Below, one piece after another: positions 26,731 through 39,829 of a stretch of DNA of 64,000 nt. The notes under the pieces are model-generated. The model was not told the origin of the DNA and did no database searches. It saw only the letters and a list, made by a program, of their open reading frames with translations. The position numbers and the translations under genes were made by a program. Where the stretch lies: NCBI RefSeq assembly GCF_001194135.2, contig NC_068988.1, positions 43,694,151-43,758,150 of the forward strand, in the 5' to 3' direction. This DNA comes from Octopus bimaculoides. Its lineage: Eukaryota. Each line of letters begins with the position of its first letter. The first letter of the stretch is position 1.

Positions 26731-27732
26731 CACACACACACACACACACACACACNNNNNNNNNNNNNNNNNNNNNNNNNNNNNNNNNNNNNNNNNNNNN
26801 NNNNNNNNNNNNNNNNNNNNNNNNNNNNNNNNNNNNNNNNNNNNNNNNNNNNNNNNNNNNNNNNNNNNNNNNNNNNNNNNNNNNNNNNNNNNNNNNNNNN
26901 NNNNNNNNNNNNNNNNNNNNNNNNNNNNNNNNNNNNNNNNNNNNNNNNNNNNNNNNNNNNNNNNNNNNNNNNNNNNNNNNNNNNNNNNNNNNNNNNNNNN
27001 NNNNNNNNNNNNNNNNNNNNNNNNNNNNNNNNNNNNNNNNNNNNNNNNNNNNNNNNNNNNNNNNNNNNNNNNNNNNNNNNNNNNNNNNNNNNNNNNNNNN
27101 NNNNNNNNNNNNNNNNNNNNNNNNNNNNNNNNNNNNNNNNNNNNNNNNNNNNNNNNNNNNNNNNNNNNNNNNNNNNNNNNNNNNNNNNNNNNNNNNNNNN
27201 NNNNNNNNNNNNNGAGAGAGAGAGAGAGAGAGAGAGGGAGAATTATACGTACACAGATACTCACATTCACGCTCACACACATATTTTGTATATATATACA
27301 AATTTGTTTACAAATTTATAAATATATATATATATATATAAATATATAAGTGCAGATGAATGTGCGTGTGCGCATGTGCCTGCATCTGCTTCTACGTTGC
27401 ATTTGTGTATGTATACATCGCCGTATCTGTTTACGGCAGTATAGAACAGATAAGGGATGAGTCGATGGCGGCGTGCTGTACGCAGAAAGAAAAGTTGTTT
27501 AAGGAACGGCCTTGATGGTTAATATTGAAGTAATTGGTTCTTTCAGTATTTGCTCTAATTTCACTTCCTCATCTAAATGACTGCTGTACAAAACTGTTTC
27601 AATTACATCTGTTTTCATACTTTGACACTATATCTACGTCCTTTATAACCATCTTGTTTTTGTATTTGAACATCCATAAACGCATGTATGTATGTATGTA
27701 TGTATGTATGTATGTATATACATATGTATTCA

Positions 27733-27789
<57 letters not shown>

Positions 27790-29303
27790 GTATGTATATA
27801 TACACGAAAGAAACTAGATTCAAGAAGCTAAGTCAATCAACTAATCCATATCCACTTTCTAAATAGCACCTCAAAGTGTATAAATATGTATTATTTGTAA
27901 GAAACACGAGGACGGATATACATATTTAACCATGTAATTATGTGTTAGATGATCTTAATCATGTGAATGAAGACAGTCGCTGTCGACCTTTGAGGATCTG
28001 GTTACTAAGTAACCGCATTGAATTTCATATTATATCGTATACAAGTCTTTGTGCGCGTGTATATACATCTCTGTATATATAAGTATATGTATGTATATAT
28101 ATATATGCGTGCATATGTATACATAACAAATATACACGTTATAGTATTTGTACGTGTATATACATGTGTTACATATATGTATATGTGTGTGTTTTGTGTG
28201 TGTTTATACATAGGCATAAACGTATTTATGCATGCATGCATGTGTGCAGACACATATGCATGTAGTTTAATGTTTGTTCGTAAAAGAGAGTTGAACGGTA
28301 TATAATTAAGAACTCAATGCTGTTAATGCAGAATAATTTCTGTGTTAGGCTACTGATTACTATTTTCAGAATAGTTTTAGTTTTTATAACCTCGTCCTTT
28401 GTAATGATACGAAAATAATTCTATTAACTTTGCATCATTAGATGAGTTTATTAGAATACAAAAATCTATTCGCCAATTGTAAGCTGTAAGGGAATATATG
28501 CATATATACACATACATACGTATGTATATATGTATATACATATATACATACATACGTACAATTCTATATATATNNNNNNNNNNNNNNNNNNNNNNNNNNN
28601 NNNNNNNNNNNNNNNNNNNNNNNNNNNNNNNNNNNNNNNNNNNNNNNNNNNNNNNNNNNNNNNNNNNNNNNNNNNNNNNNNNNNNNNNNNNNNNNNNNNN
28701 NNNNNNNNNNNNNNNNNNNNNNNNNNNNNNNNNNNNNNNNNNNNNNNNNNNNNNNNNNNNNNNNNNNNNNNNNNNNNNNNNNNNNNNNNNNNNNNNNNNN
28801 NNNNNNNNNNNNNNNNNNNNNNNNNNNNNNNNNNNNNNNNNNNNNNNNNNNNNNNNNNNNNNNNNNNNNNNNNNNNNNNNNNNNNNNNNATATATATATG
28901 TATGTATGTATGTATATATGTTTGTATATATGTGTGTGTGTGTGTTTATGTATATGCTTATGTGTGCGTCTGTGAGTTATACATGTGTATAGACATATTT
29001 TTCTAAACACGCACACATACACACAGACACATACATACATAAGCTTACACACACACATACATACATATGCTCACATACACAAACATACATTCATATATAT
29101 ATACATACATGCATACATGCATACATACATGCATACATGCATACATACATACATGCATACATGCATACATACATTTCGTCCTACATACAATGTTACCTTC
29201 ATTCCACCGTAGGAGCTTTGTATCTTTATTAGAAATTAGCACTTTCCTATGTACATATATGTATGCGCTTGTAACATACATAATATATAGTGTATGTGTA
29301 TAT

Positions 29304-29313
29304 ATAAATATAC

Positions 29314-29363
<50 letters not shown>

Positions 29364-29404
29364 TAATAATAATAATAATGATTATAATAATAATAATGAT
29401 AATA
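29304..29404. repeat. (AAT)n microsatellite
   Basis: Direct reading. Confidence 0.95.
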
Positions 29405-30004
29405 AAATATCCAGTGGTTAAGCAAGCTGGTTGCCGATCATATGTTTGTGGAGGAGTATCGCAATCTGGAAAGTACGTTATCTGAGCCACTAACTCTTCC
29501 CGTAACAAGTTTTCAGGCCTTGTACCTAAATGAAAACGCAATAAGAGCGGCGTATAACTACTGGGCTATTTGTTCCGTTGCTCTACATTCTGAGTTTGGA
29601 CCTCGTTGAAGAAAACTTTGCCTTCCAGCCTGTAAGGGTTGAATAAACAAAGAACAAATCGATATAATTGAGTAACCCCTCACCTCAAAAAATACTGCTC
29701 ATATCACGCGAGGTAGGATCTCTGCCTGTCTGAACCAGAATATATTAAGTCTATTAGTATTCGCTATGTTAGCAATCCAATTTGCGATTGATTTATTGTG
29801 CAGCAGTTCTCTCTGAGTGTTTCCCTCAATCATTTTCATGTGTATCAGTGTGTCATGTGTATGTATGTATGTATGTATGTATGTATGTATGTATGTATGT
29901 ATGTATACACACATATTTCAAGTACTAGTGACTGATTGTCACTTATTCTTTTTTTGTATATTACGAGCTGGAGCGAATCACTGCTATCTCTAACGATCAG
30001 GTAT

Positions 30005-30053
30005 CCATCACTGAGGATGTGCACAAATAGCCCGAAACCGTACGGTCTGGTGG
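30005..30053 (+). ncRNA. Minimal type I hammerhead ribozyme motif
   Basis: CCATCA-CTGAGGA-T-GTGC-ACAAATA-GCCC-GAAA-CCGTACGG-TC-TGGTGG. All core nucleotides are present; stem I has 6 bp (one U.G); stem II has 3 of 4 pairs; stem III is the palindrome ACCGTACGGT; cleavage is predicted after C30047. Confidence 0.75.
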
Positions 30054-30701
30054 TCCCGTCGTCTACTAGAAGATGGTAGAGTTTTGCTCCCCTGCTTGCA
30101 ATATATATTAGGTGCAGACCCCATCGATAACCAGCTGGAGGAGGCTCCTTTTGCCGTTATAAACGATAGTAAAATCGGTTCCTGCGGGACAGCTATATTG
30201 ATGTAGCGATAAACATATCTTCTCAGTATAGTTACTACTTTCATCTCTTACAGAGATTTTCTGACTTGCTACTTTACTTAATATATACCGTTTTCAATAA
30301 ACATACAATTTTAGAAATCAAAGTGGCGACACTACCACTTTTATTCTCTCAGTGAGCAGAAAAAATGCGGTTCCTTGGCTTGTTGGACTATAATCATAGA
30401 AATAATCCCCATTACCTGGTAACGGAGCGATTATTAGCTTAAAGCTACTTATTATTATTTTTATTGTATACATATTTTATTTGCTTAGAAAGCCAGGCTA
30501 ACATTGCATGGTTTATAAGAGAGAAATATCATATATGTAAGCACAAACACACACACACACACACACGCGCACACACACACACACACACACATACACACAC
30601 ACACACACACACATACACTCTCTCTCACTTTCTCTCTCTCACCCTCTCTCTTTCTCTTTCTCACATATACACATGCACANNNNNNNNNNTATCTATATCT
30701 A

Positions 30702-30736
<35 letters not shown>

Positions 30737-31419
30737 ATATATATATATATATATATATAAGTATCACATAGACACTCACACACACATGCGCGCACACTCA
30801 CGACAAAATATAAATAACAAATGGCATGACAGGCCTTGATTACTGGTGTTGCCTTAGAGCTCGAAGACATATTTTCTCCAATGGCCATTCGGTTCACTAA
30901 ATGTATCTATGATTTACTTTGACTTGCATGTGTGTGTGTATGTGTATGTATTTGTGTGTATATATATGTGCTTGTGTGTGTATCTGTGTGTATATATGTG
31001 TGTGTGTGTGTATCTGTATGTATATATGCGTGCGCGCGCGCGTGTATGTGTCTAGGTGTGCATGTATGAATGTATGTACATATCTGCGCGTGTTAGTGTA
31101 AATATATGAGTGCCCAAATCGTAATCCAAATGGCATTTCAGTTGACTCGGTCTGACAGCTCGGACTGGTCTGAGATGTGACTAGATAACAGTAATTTATT
31201 CTTATCTCATGCAAAATAACAACAACTTCTACTAGTACGACTGTACTAACAGCTGGGAGAAATTCATATACCTGGCGTTACGACGTTGGGCGGACGTTTT
31301 TGTTTACAATGTCTGATTAAAATATCTTACGGTGGAATTTAATACACACATTCGGTAATGCACAGATACACAGACACAGGCACACACACACACACACACA
31401 GAGAATATTTTCTTTCTAA

Positions 31420-31618
31420 TTTTAGCTGAAGGCTGGCAGTATTAAGGGATGGGGCAGGTCGGTTATATCGACTTGACTGATACTTTATTTTGTCGACCCC
31501 GAGCAGATAAAGGGTAAGGCTGATCTCGGAATGGATTCGAACTCAGAACGCAAGAAGCCTGAGGAAATGCCACAAAACATTTACTCCGACGCCATAACGA
31601 TTCTGCTAGCTCGCCACC
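31420..31618 (-). mobile_element. SINE family B
   Basis: Reverse complement matches 18401-18615 and 58315-58530. Confidence 0.8.
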
Positions 31619-32274
31619 TTTCACACACATGCATATAGACACACATAAACACACATACACACACACACACACGCATGCACGTACGTACGCACAAAACCAG
31701 CAGACAGTAGCAAAGCCAGCAGCCGGGCAGAGCACTGTAATAAAACAAAACGATGGACGGTCGACGACAGCAATACACAATGATCAGCTAACATCAAGAA
31801 ACACACGACAGTGACCACTACCATACCTAATCCAAGAACAATATGCTTCGAGCTATCTCTGTGTTTATCGTTCGGAGTAACAATATTTTTACCTTTTTTC
31901 CGTTTACGATAAAAAACAACTATCAAAATTCTCAAGCAGATTTCCGTCTTCTTTAACGTAACGTAAACCTCATATATTTCACCTTATATTCACCAACACA
32001 AACTTGGTACACCGCATCAAAATAAATCCCTTTCTCTCACACCATAAAATCATTGAATTCTGAACAGACCGAAAATGATTTACTGACCAGATACCACAAT
32101 TCGCACAAACTGTGACTGAGAGGCTCTTGAAACTCTTGAAAAGGAGATTAATAAATAATTTTGAAGAACTCAATCTGGAGAACAAAGTTGAATTTTGTTT
32201 ACAACATAGAGATAGTGAAAACTATAAAGTTTCGTGTTGCTATAATAATAATAATAATAATAATAATAATTTAT

Positions 32275-32572
32275 ATGAGAAGTATCGAAAAAATAGCAAA
32301 GTACCAGGACCTAGCTATTGAATTACCTTGACTATGGAAAGTGCAGATAAAATGTATCCCAGTAGTTATAGGTGCATTGGGAACTATCCCCAAAGATCTG
32401 AACAGATGGACAGAGGAAATAGGCATAAAACTCAGTTTAGTACAGCTCCAGAAAACAATGTTATTAGGGACAGCTAGGATACTTAGGAGGGTTCTTGACA
32501 TCTAAGGTTACTTGTTGTAGCCCGATGCTAGGATTTTTTTCCAATAGTCTAATCTGTTGAGTATATGTGAAA
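32275..32572 (+). mobile_element. Dong-like (R4 clade) LINE 3' end in (AAT)n
   Basis: EKIAKYQDLAIELP*LWKVQIKCIPVVIGALGTIPKDL...LQKTMLLGTARILRRVLDI*; (AAT)n at 32243-32270 and 32572-32593. Confidence 0.9.
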
Positions 32573-32593
32573 ATGATAATAATGATAATAATT

Positions 32594-33333
32594 TCTGGCA
32601 AAAGGCCAGCAATTTTGATGGGAAGCGGGAAGTCATTTGCATCGATCCAAGTGCTCAACTGGTATTTATTATATTATTTAATCGACTCCGAAATAATTCT
32701 TTTTACTTTAGTCTCAAGGTCTGAAATTTAGTGCGAAGTGGGCTAGTCGATTTCATCGAGCCTTGTGCTCGAATGGTACTTATTTTATCAAATCTGAAAG
32801 GATGAAAGGCAAAGTCGACCTCAGCGGAATTTAAAATTCAGAACGAAAAGACAGACGAAAAACTGCTAAACATTTTGAAAAGAGCTTCAAATTTTCAATC
32901 TAAACAATTCTAGCGAAGAGGTTAGTCAATTACATCAACCACTGGTCTTGGCTGGTGTTTTATTTTATCGACTCGGAAGGATGAAAGGTAAAGCTGATTA
33001 TGACGGGATGTGAACTTGGAACATAAAAAGCCGTAAGAAATGTCACAAGGTGTTTTGATGGACGCTGTAATGATTCCACTAAAAGAGACATCAGAATACT
33101 TATGAAAAAGAGCTGAAATACTGGCTTCAAACTTTGACACAGGGCCAGTAATTTCGGGGCAGACGGTTAAGTCGATTACATCTTTTCCAGTACGCAACCG
33201 GTACTTAATTTATCAGCCTCGTGTGGATGAAAGATAAAGTCGACCTCGGTGAAATTTGAACTCAGAACGTAAAGACGAACGAAATGCCGCTAGATATTTT
33301 GTCCGGCGTGCTCACGACCCTGTCAGCTCGCCG
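32594..33333 (-). mobile_element. Tandem cluster of about 4 SINE B copies or fragments
   Basis: Repeated GGATGAAAG..AAAGTCGACCTC motif near 32800, 32980 and 33225, and repeated AAGGCCAG.AATTT blocks. Confidence 0.8.
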
Positions 33334-33513
33334 TTTCAAAAGGAGATCCAGGTTTGGCTTGAAAAAGTCTACATCCACGCCGCGCAGGTCTCTCAGACTT
33401 TTACATTCCACTGCTCACATTAATTAGAATTCTAAAAGTAGGTTATTCAGTTGCCCGAATAACTCGAATACTCGTCATCGAAATCGACGGAGAATCATTT
33501 ACTTTAAGTGTGT

Positions 33514-33566
<53 letters not shown>

Positions 33567-34114
33567 AATGTGTGAGTGTGTGAGTGCGTGTGTGTGTGAG
33601 AGAGAGAGTATAAATTTCCAGATTTACAAATACGTACATACGTATCCAAGGACACATACACACAAATATACACTAAAGTACATCTTATTCATTGTAGACA
33701 TACATGTATAGAAACACAGATGAACACTTACATATACACACACGCACTCGCCCTCACACATATACTTCGACCCTTTTTGCTATCTTAAAGCACTCAAAAC
33801 CACCGCACTATTTACTTTGTGTAATATATATGCCTAAGTCCGCGTGTAACGACAATCTTTGCGTGCTCGTGCTTGCACATCATGCTAACAGCCTTCATTC
33901 TAAAACGAAGTCTATGAAATTAAAGACTTGAAAAGAGATTTTATCAAAGAACTTTTTCACCAAGATGTACACTGGTTATTCTTATTATTTTTTAGATTTT
34001 AGATTTGTATTTTTCTATATTTAGCTGTTGTGTAATTACTCTCTCCCTGAGCTACATATGTATATCATAACTAGTTGCATATGTATGCATACATATGTAT
34101 ACTTTTGTTTAATC

Positions 34115-34455
34115 TTTTCTTTTTTTTTTTTTGTTTCAACCATTGGATTTCAGCCATGGTGGGGCACCATCTTGAAGTGTTTTAGTCGGACAAATCGGCT
34201 CCTATACTTATGTTTAAAATCTGGTGCTTAATTTGTTCTCTTATTACAAACCGCTAAGTTACGATGATGCAATCAAAGTAACATCGGTTGTGAAGTGCTG
34301 GTGGTGGACAAACAGAAACATACATACATACATACATACATACATATGTGACGGGTTAGTTTCATTTTGTCTACCAAATCTACTCACAAGGCTTTAGTTG
34401 GCCCGGAGCTATTGTAGAAGACACTTGACCAAAGTTTTACGCTGTGGGACTCAAT
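34115..34455 (-). mobile_element. SINE family A lacking the A-box end
   Basis: Colinear with 552-897. Confidence 0.8.
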
Positions 34456-35040
34456 ATCGAATGCTAACAGCTGTAACTGTTCTATGTCCCGAAGACTGCT
34501 AAAATCTTTTGTCACTCCAGATTTACACACAACATCAACGTATGCAATATTTTCGTCCGTTCCGACATACTTGTAACATTCACGGTCGGTGACAGGGGAG
34601 ATAGGTCGTCCATTGATATCTGTATTCCCCATCTGCTTAATAATCACTCCTGAACTGACGGCCAAATACGAACACTAATCCTGACCAAATTCTATTCCTC
34701 TGTCTCGTGACAATATTCTATCCAGGTCTAACAGTCCCTTAATGTCGTGAACGTTAACTGAAAACAGCATGAGATCACTAGTATCAACTGTTTGGAAGAC
34801 ATTTATAATAATATCTTCTGCAGATCCTAACGTGACTGACGAAGAGTTTTCTTTTAGAATGAATGGAATTTCAGGCAATTTATCGCCCTGGAATATTCCT
34901 GTTGATAACCTAATTTTGCTTATGACCATAGGAGGTTTTTCCGTTGATAGTGATAGCTGTGTGGAGTATATTGCGATTAGTTTCAGTAGCATACTCTATA
35001 AAGGAAGGAACCTTGGCCGTCGTAATGACTTTAGTATGTA
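34456..35040 (-). mobile_element. R4/Dong-clade RT fragment related to the (CATA)n lineage
   Basis: KIRLSTGIFQGD (RT motif 4); LLDL..ILSRDRGIEFGQD; RPISPVTDRECYKYVGTDENIAY, matching the start of the 15522 copy (ISPVSNEECYRYRGVDENISY). Confidence 0.8.
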
Positions 35041-35149
35041 TAAGTGGAAAATAGTCACATGTACATATGTTCGTTTTTATGTATGTATATATATATATGT
35101 ATGTGCGTATGTATGTACATATATATATGTATACATGGGCTTGCTTACC

Positions 35150-35410
35150 TATACATGTGAAGTCTAGATTTGGAGGACTCAGCGGAAGAAACCTTCGTGA
35201 TTCGACAGAGGATAAAGTGGCTGTAGCAACACACTGTGGAATGCAGAGAGCAAAATAAGGTAAGACATCTTGCTCATCCAGTGCATCCGTCTCCATCTCA
35301 ATCGTCGTGACCTGATCTTCGCCCCTAGACTGGACATGGCCACGGGCGAGAGAGGTTTACGGTGCACAAGTTATCAGTGACTAGATGGTCCTTGTCACTC
35401 CGACGGATGA
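35150..35410 (+). mobile_element. Family H element, second copy
   Basis: Aligns with the reverse complement of 18705-19030. Confidence 0.6.
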
Positions 35411-36099
35411 ACATATATATATATATGTGTGTGTATGAAAGTATTTATGTATGTATGTATGTATGTATGTATGAACGTATGTATGCATGTATGCATGTAT
35501 GTGTGTACGTACGTATGAGTTTGTATAAACGTATGTGTGTATACATGTATGAAGTATGTATGTGTGTATGTACGTACGTACGTATGTATGTGTGTATGCA
35601 TGTATGGATGTATGTATGTATGTATGCGTGTATGCATGTATGCTGAACACAAGGTCCGCACTGATATGTGTGCCTATGATCAAAGATGTTCCAGACCTGA
35701 TCATTCAGTCAGTTCATTTAACAATGGCCTTATTTCGCTATCATTTGGTTTTCATTTCTAGCAAGCCGAGAAACAGCATGCAGACTTCTTCTTGAGTACG
35801 TTGTCAGTATATCATCACATGTAATATGTATTGATGTTGCATAATCACAGAATGCGAAGATTATGCTCTTGATATTGTAGCATTCGCAGAGAAGAAATAA
35901 AAACGGTTGAAATGAATTACTTCAAATTCAATTAAGCGCAGGAACTGAAATGGGCGAACATTTATTAAAGTTTGAAGTTTGAATAAATGGAAGGCTTATA
36001 ATATCATGAAGTGTGAGAAGTAGACAGACGAATAAGTATTATTAGGCACACAAAGAAATAGCTAGCTACATAGATAGACAGAAAGACAGACAGACAGAC

Positions 36100-36172
<73 letters not shown>

Positions 36173-36486
36173 GATAGATAGATAGGATTAAGGAGATAAA
36201 CGTCTAGGTAAGTTGCTTAGTTAATACATACATAAATACATAATACACACATACATACACATATATTTTGCGTTTACAGTGAGATATATGACTACTACTG
36301 TATGAGGTAGAGATCTACATAGATTATCATTATCTAGTCAGTTTTCGGTATAGAGATTAGTCCAACACTGTATTTAGCAGTATTGTCAGTTATGATATAC
36401 CGAAAATATGTAGCAAAAAATGACGATAAACACGAGTGAGTATAAATTACTAATAATTTACACGTATACTTGCCGTAATTTACCAC

Positions 36487-36561
<75 letters not shown>

Positions 36562-36666
36562 TTTCATGCGTACCTGTTGAACCACTTGTCTGTTCGCGTG
36601 CTTGATCTCTATTTGTTTACCCTTATTTCTGTGTGTGCATATGTGTAAGGGGGTTTACACATACAC

Positions 36667-36701
<35 letters not shown>

Positions 36702-36828
36702 TGCACACATATATTCACACACATACCTACGTACATACGTTTATCTAATATCTTTATATCGCCTTATCTACGTATATTTTAGGAAAAAGCACACGCACAC
36801 AGATAGACAGATAGACAAACAGACAGAC

Positions 36829-36895
<67 letters not shown>

Positions 36896-37206
36896 CAGGT
36901 AGACAAACAGACAGACAGACATATAGATCGTTATATTACCAACAAATATACCTAATACAATTAATTTACTACCATTAGGCACAAATTAGCAATCCTGCCA
37001 ACTGAAGTAAAAAGGTTAAAAATAGAGTGTTGCACAATGAGGATCATTCGGTAAGAAACCCTATATCACGTAGTTTACGGTAATGCAATAATACCGCGTC
37101 TATCTCTATTTGTGTTAAAGCTGCCTGCATGTCCTCACGTAATTTTATGCTTAATATCGCCAGATTTTAGCGTCTTATAACGTTGGTTGAGAAAGAAAGC
37201 GAGAGA

Positions 37207-37241
<35 letters not shown>

Positions 37242-37382
37242 GAATAAGAGAGAGAGAGAGGAATAAGAGAGAGAGAGAGGAATAAGAGAGAGAGAGAGGA
37301 ATAAGAGACAGAGAGAGAGAGATAGAGAGAAGGAGAGGGAGACTGCGTATGAAGACAAGCAGGGTGTCTGAAAAATATACTC

Positions 37383-37426
<44 letters not shown>

Positions 37427-37669
37427 GTGTGCGTGCGCATACCTCCACATACATATACGTAGGGATGAGCATTTAGAATTTAACAAAGACTTTCTTTCAC
37501 CTGAGGACGTAGTTTAACTTCTACATTATTTTGAAGGACTTTTGCATCTTGCATTAATGCAGGCATGTAAATTATTTGCATGTTTTTAAGTTACGAAACA
37601 ATTTGTCATGATAGAATGTTCTTGCTGTTAAATGAAATTTCATCAAACTATTTCTCTGTCATTTATGAC

Positions 37670-37710
<41 letters not shown>

Positions 37711-37896
37711 NNNNNNNNNNNNNNNNNNNNNNNNNNNNNNNNNNNNNNNNNNNNNNNNNNNNNNNNNNNNNNNNNNNNNNNNNNNNNNNNNNNNNNNNNN
37801 NNNNNNNNNNNNNNNNNNNNNNNNNNNNNNNNNNNNNNNNNNNNNNNNNNNNNNNNNNNNNNNNNNNNNNNNNNNNNNNNNNNNNNNNNNNNNNNN

Positions 37897-38130
37897 GTAA
37901 GCAAGGTTTTGAACCATGAAGAATTTGTACAGGATTTTGCAGGGTTTGGAATTGTTTTAAAACTTGCCCAAAATAAATTAATATTGATATTTTTTCACCG
38001 TTCTTACAATCATCTGAAATGGAACTGTCAAAGCGCGATATTCGAGCAATCTTGTTATTCAACTTCAAAAGGGACGTAAAGCAGCTGAAACTACATATAT
38101 ATATCAGACAAGCTAGAAATGTTGGCCATT
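37897..38130 (+). mobile_element. mariner element 5' fragment (transposase N-terminus)
   Basis: ATG at 38019: MELSKRDIRAILLFNFKR-(frameshift)-RKAAET, resembling mariner/SETMAR-type IRAIFLFEFKMGRKAAET. Confidence 0.75.
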
Positions 38131-38364
38131 GCATATTTTTCCTTTATCAGAGCAATTTTGGCTTACAGCTGTTTTCAGTAGTCATTATAGGTACGTTATT
38201 GATAAGTTTACTCAATCGGTGTATCGATTAGTTGAGAAAAATTGAACTCCCTAAAAAAATTAATGCTACTTTCGCCAGAACCATTTCTAGCGCGCGTGCG
38301 TGTGCGTGCACATGTATATATATATATTGTGTATTTGTGTTTGTATGTTTATTGATCACTTTAA

Positions 38365-38500
38365 GTCGGGATCAACTTTGCCATTCATCTTTCCACGTTC
38401 GATGAATTGAAGAACCTGTCAAGTACTGGCGTTTATTTCACTGACTGACTTCTCCCTCAAGTTTCTAATCCTGTTTATATACTAGAAACTATTGTCATTA
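38365..38500 (+). mobile_element. SINE family B 3' half; a further diverged piece lies at 38735-38870
   Basis: CAACTTTGCCATTCATCTTTCC...; GGGGTCGATGTAATCGA...AGAAGGGATTATTATT. Confidence 0.6.
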
Positions 38501-38504
38501 TTAC

Positions 38505-38707
38505 TACAATCTTTCTATCTTTTCGCCTTCTTTCTTGACCATTCGTGGGACAAAATGGCATGCCACATCAACTATATAGCATATGTGATGCACCCTGTCC
38601 ACCATCACTAGGTCCGGTCTGTTATGCGCTAGCACGTGATCTGTTTGGATTGGGAAATCCCAGAGGATTTTGCTAGTCTCCGACTCCGCCACTCTCTGCG
38701 GTTTGCG
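38505..38707 (-). mobile_element. Dong-like REL endonuclease fragment
   Basis: ESETSKILWDFPIQTDHVLAHNRPDLVMVDR..CYIVDVAC.F..RMVKKEGEKIE (R4 REL signature); flanked in sense orientation by (TAG)n and a short TAG/TAA tract. Confidence 0.88.
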
Positions 38708-39034
38708 CTACTACTACTACTACTACAATTAAGGTAACTAGCTGGCTGAACTATTGTTGATATAATAAGCACCAATTGAGCATCGGGGTCGATGTAATCG
38801 ATTGGTTCCCTCCAACAATTTCAGACCTGGTGTTTATGGCAGAAGGGATTATTATTTTCATAATCATTATAAGCACCATTGTATCTCTTAAGACTGGGAT
38901 TTTGGATTTACAGGGTCATATACCTGATAATAACACCTTTTGATTCCTTTTCAACCCCTTTTTTTTTACTGTAGTTAACTCTCGTTAAATAATATTTTTT
39001 GTCATTTATTGCAGAATTCGAAAAAAAAAGAAAA

Positions 39035-39136
39035 AAGATGTGTCAGCCATCTCAACCGAGCACGACATTAAGATGTGTCAGCCATTTCAACCGACCACGA
39101 CATTAAGATGTGTCAGCCATCTCAACCAACCACGAC
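39035..39136. repeat. 35-bp minisatellite, about 3 copies
   Basis: AAGATGTGTCAGCCATYTCAACCRASCACGACATT units start at 39035, 39070 and 39105. Confidence 0.9.
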
Positions 39137-39381
39137 GCTTGTCAAAGAACGAAATACAAATGAAACATTACCTAATAGAACTTAGATAAATCCGTATCTA
39201 GTTTCTCACTGGATGTCTTACACCCAGATTTTATAGTATGTTGCCACGTAATATGTCTGTCTAAACAATAGATTAGAATGTGTCCTTCGCTTGTCAAAAT
39301 GCCATTTCTCTGAAATACACCCACGCTCATTTGTTTAGTATCATCATCCTACCTACAACATAAAAGTATATAACCTAAATA

Positions 39382-39494
<113 letters not shown>

Positions 39495-39829
39495 TGTATG
39501 TATGTATGTATACATGTATGTATGTGTATCCGGTCATATCCGTCCGAAGGCAAATATATAAATACATATCTATACATGCATACGTATAAATGTTTACATA
39601 CTTATAAACGTTAAATATAATTGTACGAAAGATCGGGGGAGCTTGTGAAAAACAAGAATGTTGAAAGTCAACTAACATAAAGAAGAGGAGAAGCTAATGT
39701 CAAAAATAGAGAAAATGAAGCACAGGAGTGGGAAAAATTGTATAGAAGTTTGGAAAGTTGTAACGATTCTTTTAGTCTAGTCATAAGTGGAGGGACAGCG
39801 CATATGACTTTTTCATTTCTTCCCAGGCC

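Noticed and set aside
39035-39136. 35-bp repeats as a CRISPR array
   Set aside because: No spacers between units; eukaryotic context; no cas genes.
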